A DNA stretch of 64,000 nucleotides from Blepharisma stoltei ATCC 30299 (Eukaryota > Protista > Ciliophora). Numbering within the stretch: position 1 is the first letter of the stretch; every line of letters begins with the position of its first letter. Position numbers and translations under genes: made by a program. The stretch spans positions 620,001 to 684,000 of the forward strand of contig CBFDEM010000002.1 in the NCBI GenBank assembly GCA_965603825.1, in the 5' to 3' direction. Below the pieces are notes generated by a model. That model worked only from the letters and a program-made list of their open reading frames with translations, had not been told where the DNA came from and ran no database searches. Positions 58,040 to 64,000 of the stretch are shown here, in pieces.

Positions 58040-59941
58040 AATCTCAATTAAATGCTCCAATTTGATTCCAAACATACTGATTGCCATATTTGCATTCCCA
58101 TAAATTTCCGCCTGTTAATAAATAAACCCTTGAATTTCCTGCAATTAATAAATTTCCTTTACTTTTTATTTTTCCTATCTCAATTTTTGAGAAATTTTCT
58201 AGGCTAATGTCATACTCATAAATATATTCATCAAGATTATTAGCTGTAATTAAAATTTTGTGTTTAAATGGCACTAGAGAGCAATTACCCAGCATTTCTG
58301 GAGTAGTAGCTAATGAAGTCCATTTATTTGAGATTAGATCAAATCTTTGATTAACATTTTTTCCCACACTCCTCGTTTAAACTGGACAAATTTTTATTTT
58401 TATAGTAAATTAAATTCGTCATAGTGGAATTATTAATATAGCTTGCTCTATGTTTAAGACTTGATTTTCAATGTTATTATTATTAAATTATTTTAGCGCT
58501 GCATAGCAGCATTTCTCCCTTTTTTTCCTTCAACTTCACTCTATAAATAAATATTTTTATTTCGTTATCTGCTTCTCCAAGTTCTCCAGCATGCTCCTCT
58601 TTCATCCAAACAACAAATTTCTCCGCACATAGCACAACACCATGCACCATAAATCTTCTTCTGATCACCTCCTCTAGCATTCCATTTTTCTCTAACTCCA
58701 TTAATAAATTAGTTCTTTCATCTCATACAAAAAAAATCATTAAACAGATGTATTTCATTCTCATTTCACTTACATTTTTCATGTTTGGAACTCTGTCTTA
58801 AATGGCTTAAATTCTGAGAATAAGATGTTGCATTAAAACCAGCCCTTAATCTGAGGATATCCATAAACTTCTGCCTTCTATGAGAGTTTAAATATAAATA
58901 TGAGTTCTCCTCAATTTTATCTTCCCCTTCACTTAAGGCCAAAAATAATCGCGTCGTTCCTCTCGCTTCGGTTTCAATTTTTAAGGGTTCATCATACCTT
59001 TCACTTTTCCCGCCAAAATTCAAATCATCATCTTTTTCAATTACCACTTTTTCGCGGGCACTTTCGTCTTCATCTTGACCTTCACTTTTTCGACAAGCTC
59101 TTCATCTGCTTCGTTTCCTGCATTATCTAAGCTTTCTTTTTCTATCTGCTTTCATTTACTATGCGCATACTTCGCCAAAAATATAAATGCTTTGCTGGTA
59201 ATATAATACTCCTGCTTTATGAGGATAGAGTATAGATGGTAAAATTTGTTTTAATCTAAACGAATCTAAATCAATAATGCAAGCATGACAATTTTTATTA
59301 TCGCATTTCATTCCAATCAAAAAGAGCTCATTATTAGAGATTTTAACTGCAAATACCTCATTTCCTCCTATCTGTCTATCAAAATCAACATTGATTTCTA
59401 TATGTTTATAGTTTTCTATATTATGTTGAATCAAACGAGGTGATTATTTTATGTGATTGACAGAATAAACGAATTTAGAGTCATCGTAGGGGTATGGAGA
59501 AAAAGACTTAGAAATCAAATCTGCTATCATCGCTCTAAGCTTTCCATAATACTCATTATATATACTTACATAATTTGAATAGGCAGTTTTTACTTCTTCA
59601 TCTGCTTGTGTTAAACTTATATATTTTTGATTGACTCGATAAGATGCTTTCATATGGCTAAATTCCAATTCTAAGTTTTCTTTAATTAATTCTAATTCCT
59701 CTATTTTTATATCGCTATCCTCATAAAATTCAATCTTAAATTATTCATTTGTCTTTTGATTTTCATATACTAATTCAGGCTCTAATGATCGGATATATTC
59801 AATTTTTGCTTGAAAGGACTTGATCAGCTCTGCTTTAAGTTGAGTTAATGAACTATTATATTTACGCTCAAATTCTCCTTGATTTGCTTTTATCTCTAGA
59901 CTATTCTTTCAATTCCTTTCAAGATTGGGAAAAGTTGACAT
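58040..59941 (-). pseudogene. Kelch-like paralog C, with in-frame TAA stops and an unrelated ~0.8-kb insertion
   Basis: Collinear with copies A/B; TAA near 59740 and at 59444; homology breaks after IYIFG (about 59170) and resumes at NQRFDL (about 58355). Confidence 0.7.
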
Positions 59942-60180
59942 ATTTATAAGACAATGGTGCTGATGAGTAATTTTTAATAAATAATTAATTAAAGCCAGAC
60001 AGCAAATTTACTTAGTCAAAATCGTGTAAATTAATTAATTTAAAGCTAATATTTGAGAATTAAATTCTTGAAATTGTTAATAAATGTTCCCTTCGATGCT
60101 TATTATGCTTTCAAACCTTTTCTCTTTTAAATCGAATTTATAATAAGAATAACACCACTTGCCCTTTTCATTCATTTCAA

Positions 60181-61263
60181 TTATCTAATATCTAATCTAA
60201 TTTCGCTTTCTCAAACATTATTCCACCCTTCGAATAAATAAACCCTTGAATTCCCAGCAATTAATAATTTATATAAATCTTTATCAGTCTTCATTTTAAT
60301 TTCAGTAAAACTATCTAAATTTACATCATATTCAAAAATATTTTCTTTACTTCACTGTCATATTAATAAAATTCTTTGTTTAAAAAGAACAACTGAGCTA
60401 TCCATAGATTGTTCTGGGATTGAAAGCAATGTTTCTCATCTATTTTTTGTTAAATCGAATCTTTGAACAATTGTTGATATAAAATAATTCCCAGTCGATA
60501 ATATTCCTAATCCGCCATATATATAAACACATTGCTGGAAATACAAAATCCCTGCTTGGGAAATATTTTTTCCAGAGGGAAGAATTTTTTTAATTGTATA
60601 AGAGTTTAAATCAATTATGAGGGTAAGACCAGCGATTGGATTGTCTTTTCCGTAGCAGAAAAGTTCATTGTTTGGAAGCTGGACTATGCAAGAAGCAGCA
60701 GTCAGTGCATTATAATCTTCAATGTTGAATTTAGAGTGCTGAAAATTTGTAATATTATAAAGTGATAGCTCGGCTTTATTTTCAAGCTCGAAATTTTTGT
60801 TGATTAAATAGAGAGTTTGGCTGTCTTCATAGACATATGGAGAAAAATCATTGAGTATGAGGTTTTCGATTGCGGCATGAAGTCTTTTAGAGAAGCATTG
60901 ATATGCATCTATATAAGCTGAATAAGATTTTTTAATAGTCTCATTATTGTATAACAAAAATTCAACTTTTTTGTCATTTTGATAGTGATCAACTATATCA
61001 TCAAACTCAGTTTTTAATTTTTCTTTGATTGCTTCTAATTCTTCTATTTTAGAAGAATTATCTTCATAGAATTGAATTTTAAAGGAATTGCTGGGCTTTT
61101 GTGTTAAGTTGCTTAATGTATCATTATATAATGATATAGAGTTGAATTTCATATCAAAGGCCTCAATCTCAGTTAATGAGAGTTCAGCATAAGAAATATT
61201 AAATTTGGATTCAAATTCCTTACAAGCATTTTCGATATCTTGCATTTTATTGTCTCTCTCCAT
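60181..61263 (-). CDS. Kelch-like copy B, C-terminally truncated duplicate of copy A
   Basis: Near-identical to 56510-57763; a deletion near 60190 gives premature TAA at 60181 while the orphaned 3' coding remnant persists at about 60080-60180. Confidence 0.65.
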
Positions 61264-61619
61264 TATTACTTTATAATTTCAGCTTATAAAAATCAATATT
61301 ATTATACTCAAAGAAAAATTATCATAATAATACAAAAACTTATTAGAAGAGCATTTTAAAACTAATCTTTAAAGCTTGGACTCCTTGAATTCTTTTGAAT
61401 TTAAATTAAATTCAAAGAATAAAAATTTACTTGAATTGTATCTATCTCCAAGAACCCCAAAATAAACTTTTCTCCTTCTTATAATTCTATTCTCTGCATA
61501 TGATTTGAACACAATATTTTTTAGATTTGATTGGTTTGCTTATTTTTCAGATATACTTTATTAAATTACTCACTCATCTTATGCCAGAATTCATATGCAA
61601 AAGACTATAAGGTAGAGAT

Positions 61620-62570
61620 TTAAATCATTCTCAATTAAATTTACCAATTTTATTCCAATCATACTGATTTTCATTATTGCATTCTCATAAATTTCCTGTG
61701 GCTTATTTTGAATTTCCTGTAATTAATAATTTTTCTCTTCTTTTTATTTTTCCTATCTAAATTTTTGTGAAATTTTCTAGGCTAATGTCATACTCATAAA
61801 TATATTCATCAAAATCGCAAGCTGCAAATAAAATTTTGTGTTTAAAAGGCACTAGAGAGCAATTGCCCAGTTATTTTTGAAACAGTAGCTAGTGAAGTCC
61901 ATTTATTTAGATTAGATCAAATCTTTGATTTATAATTTTTGTTTTAATAATAAATTAAATTGCTAACTAGCTATAAACGGGCAACCCACTAAGATATAAC
62001 CATCCTCATGTTTACACTTTGAGTCGTTGAGGGATCTGCTCCACCAAAAATATAAATGCTCTGTGTGTAATTTAATACTCCTGCTTTACGAGGATAGCGT
62101 AAAGATTGTAAAATTCGTTTTAATCTAAATGAATCTAAATCAATAATGCAAGCATGACAGCTTTCATTATGGAATTCATTCCAATCCAAAAGAGCTCATT
62201 ATTAGAGATTTTAACTACAAATATCTCACTTCTTCCTATCTATCCACCAAAATCAACATTGATTTCTACTTGCTTAGAGTTTTCTATAATATATTGAATC
62301 AGACAAGGCGATTCTTTTACGTGATTGACAGAATAAAGGAATTTAGAGTCATCGTAGGAGGATGGCGAAAAAGGCTTAGAAATCAAATCTGCAATCTTCG
62401 TTCTAAGTTTTCCATAATACTCATTATATATACTTACATAATTTGAATAGGCAGTTTTTAATTCTTCATCTATTGTATTAAACTTATATATTTTTGATCG
62501 GTTAGATAAGATGCTTTCATATTGCAGAAATCCCTTGTAAAAACTTTTCTCTATCAATTTGTGGGTCACT
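61620..62570 (-). pseudogene. Kelch-like paralog C', 5'-truncated and frameshifted duplicate of C
   Basis: High similarity to 59170-59660 and 58040-58355 with stops and frameshifts. Confidence 0.7.
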
Positions 62571-62654
62571 TAAAACAATTCCATTTAAATGTGAATTCAT
62601 AATATGAACTCTAAAAACCTTAATTATTCATATATCAATTTTTCTAAAATTATC

Positions 62655-63846
62655 TTATCTTTTGCCAGCTCTTGGAGGTGGTTGTTTTCCTCCTTTTTTT
62701 AACTGTTCAGCCTTAGCTTTTTTCGCGCAAATCGGAATATGCATATTCCCAAAATATTCGCTAAACGATCTTCCACAATATGGACACTTAGTATGTTGGT
62801 ACACAAAAAAATTATCCACAATAGCTAATATCATTTTATCATATGGTGATTTATAATCTCCAGACCCTGCAAGTCTAGTAGCTTTTAGCTGTTCACTCTG
62901 CATTATCAATTTATTTCTAGGTGGTGAGGCTGACTTTCTAGCTTTGTTATAGGAAATGCTTTTTTCCTCTTCAAAGCTACTCCTATTGCTTCTCATGAGA
63001 CGCTCTACAATAGAAAGCGAAGGAATTTTTATCCCCAAAGTATTTACTTTTTCAATCACAAAATTTTGGCTTAAAATGTCATTTATAGAGGGTCTTTCGC
63101 TCATTTCTTTTTTCATGCACCAATCAACTATATACTTAAGCTCATTCGAGTAATAATCTCTAATAGGTGAGTGTCTTTCATTCTGAACTTTATAAGCATT
63201 TCCTTCAAATGGATGCTTAAGCTGGCAAAGGAAATATAAAACGTTCCCAAGAGCCCATATGTCGCTTTCTTTGGATGGGAGAACCCCTCTTCACATTTCT
63301 GGAGAATAGTAAAAAGGAGTCCCTCCCACAGATGATGTAGTTAGATACCTGGAAAGCCCGAAATCTCCAATCTTAACGTTGTTGTTTTTGTCTAGTAAAA
63401 TATTCTCTGGCTTTATGTCTCTATGGATATAGCCGTTTGAGTGCATGCATTCTAAGCCAAAGCAGATCTGAATAAAATATTTTCAGATTTCGCTTTCTGC
63501 AAAGGGTTGGCCAGTTTGAATCTGGTCAACTATTAGTTTAAGCAGATCAGTGGTTTTCACAGTAATCTATAATCATGTAAACTTTATTGTCTTGGTCAAT
63601 TCTCCTTTCTAAGTGGAGAAGGTATGGGTTATTCAGCTCAGAAAGAATTTTAATTTCTGTTTCCACATCTTTTCAGCTCTTAGCATCTCCATACTTCTTT
63701 ACAACAGTTTTCATTGCATAGATCTTATTGTCAGCTAAATAGCTATTACCAATCCTTCTAACTTTGTAGACAACTCCAAAGAATCCAAAGTTAATGTCAT
63801 CTACAACTTCAAATTCGTTTGTGATTTCTGCTGGAAAATGTAGCAT
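62655..63846 (-). pseudogene. NEK-like Ser/Thr kinase with C-terminal C2HC zinc finger; one +1 frameshift
   Basis: [48 protein letters not shown]...HIPIC; extra base near 63549 (YCE..DL). Could be a sequencing/assembly indel. Confidence 0.65.
63735..63749 (-). other. Probable 15-nt stop-free intron gtaatagctatttag
   Basis: Fits the GTAA..A(-6)..TAG consensus; removal gives NEK-like VRRIADNKIYAMK. Confidence 0.7.
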
Positions 63847-64000
63847 AATTAATAAATCTTTATGCGAATTTTATTTTCACAAATCGAAAATATTAATTTA
63901 ATAATTATCAGCTTTCTAAAATTCTGAAACCCAAGCAGTTTATTTATGAAAAATGTGACAAAAATTTACTTTAATGCAAGCTGTTTTACTACTTTTTAAA

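Noticed and set aside
63567-63582. 16-nt GT..AG segment (gtttacatgattatag) that would repair the NEK frameshift
   Set aside because: It lacks the -6 A and the GTA/GTG start seen in all other introns, and would destroy the conserved VYMIIDYCE hinge.
1-64000. CRISPR arrays, rRNA, tRNA, intact transposase or reverse transcriptase
   Set aside because: No regularly spaced repeats, cloverleaf structures, rRNA signatures or DDE/RT motifs were seen; the window is eukaryotic somatic-type DNA.

Overview
AT-rich, gene-dense eukaryotic DNA with the hallmarks of a heterotrich ciliate somatic genome, most consistent with Blepharisma (inference). In-frame TGA encodes Trp: it swaps with TGG between internal repeats and paralogs in this window, and every reconstructed gene ends in TAA/TAG. 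Introns are only 15-16 nt (GT...AG, A at -6). The supplied ORF track therefore fragments many genes. Re-reading gives about 30 genes: TMEM184, Kelch proteins, a 1965-aa furin-repeat multipass surface protein with decayed upstream copies, LITAF, RING E3s, USP5, PDI, DHRS4, SAM-PUB-UBX, TPR-IQ, MTG1, FAM136A-like, VSR, an RFC-like ATPase, a divergent Rab and a frameshifted NEK. Highlights: (1) a tandem pair of chemoreceptor-style receptors (TM-dCache-TM-HAMP) wired to a cytosolic TPR-vWA output, one keeping and one losing the amino-acid-binding motif; (2) a box H/ACA snoRNA at 22091-22202 (-) whose 3' pocket matches the 18S GAGGUAG-U-GACAA site; (3) a 78-aa ATP6AP2/M8.9-like mini-protein; (4) several local duplication-and-decay zones. 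All protein family calls are by eye from motifs, without database searches.
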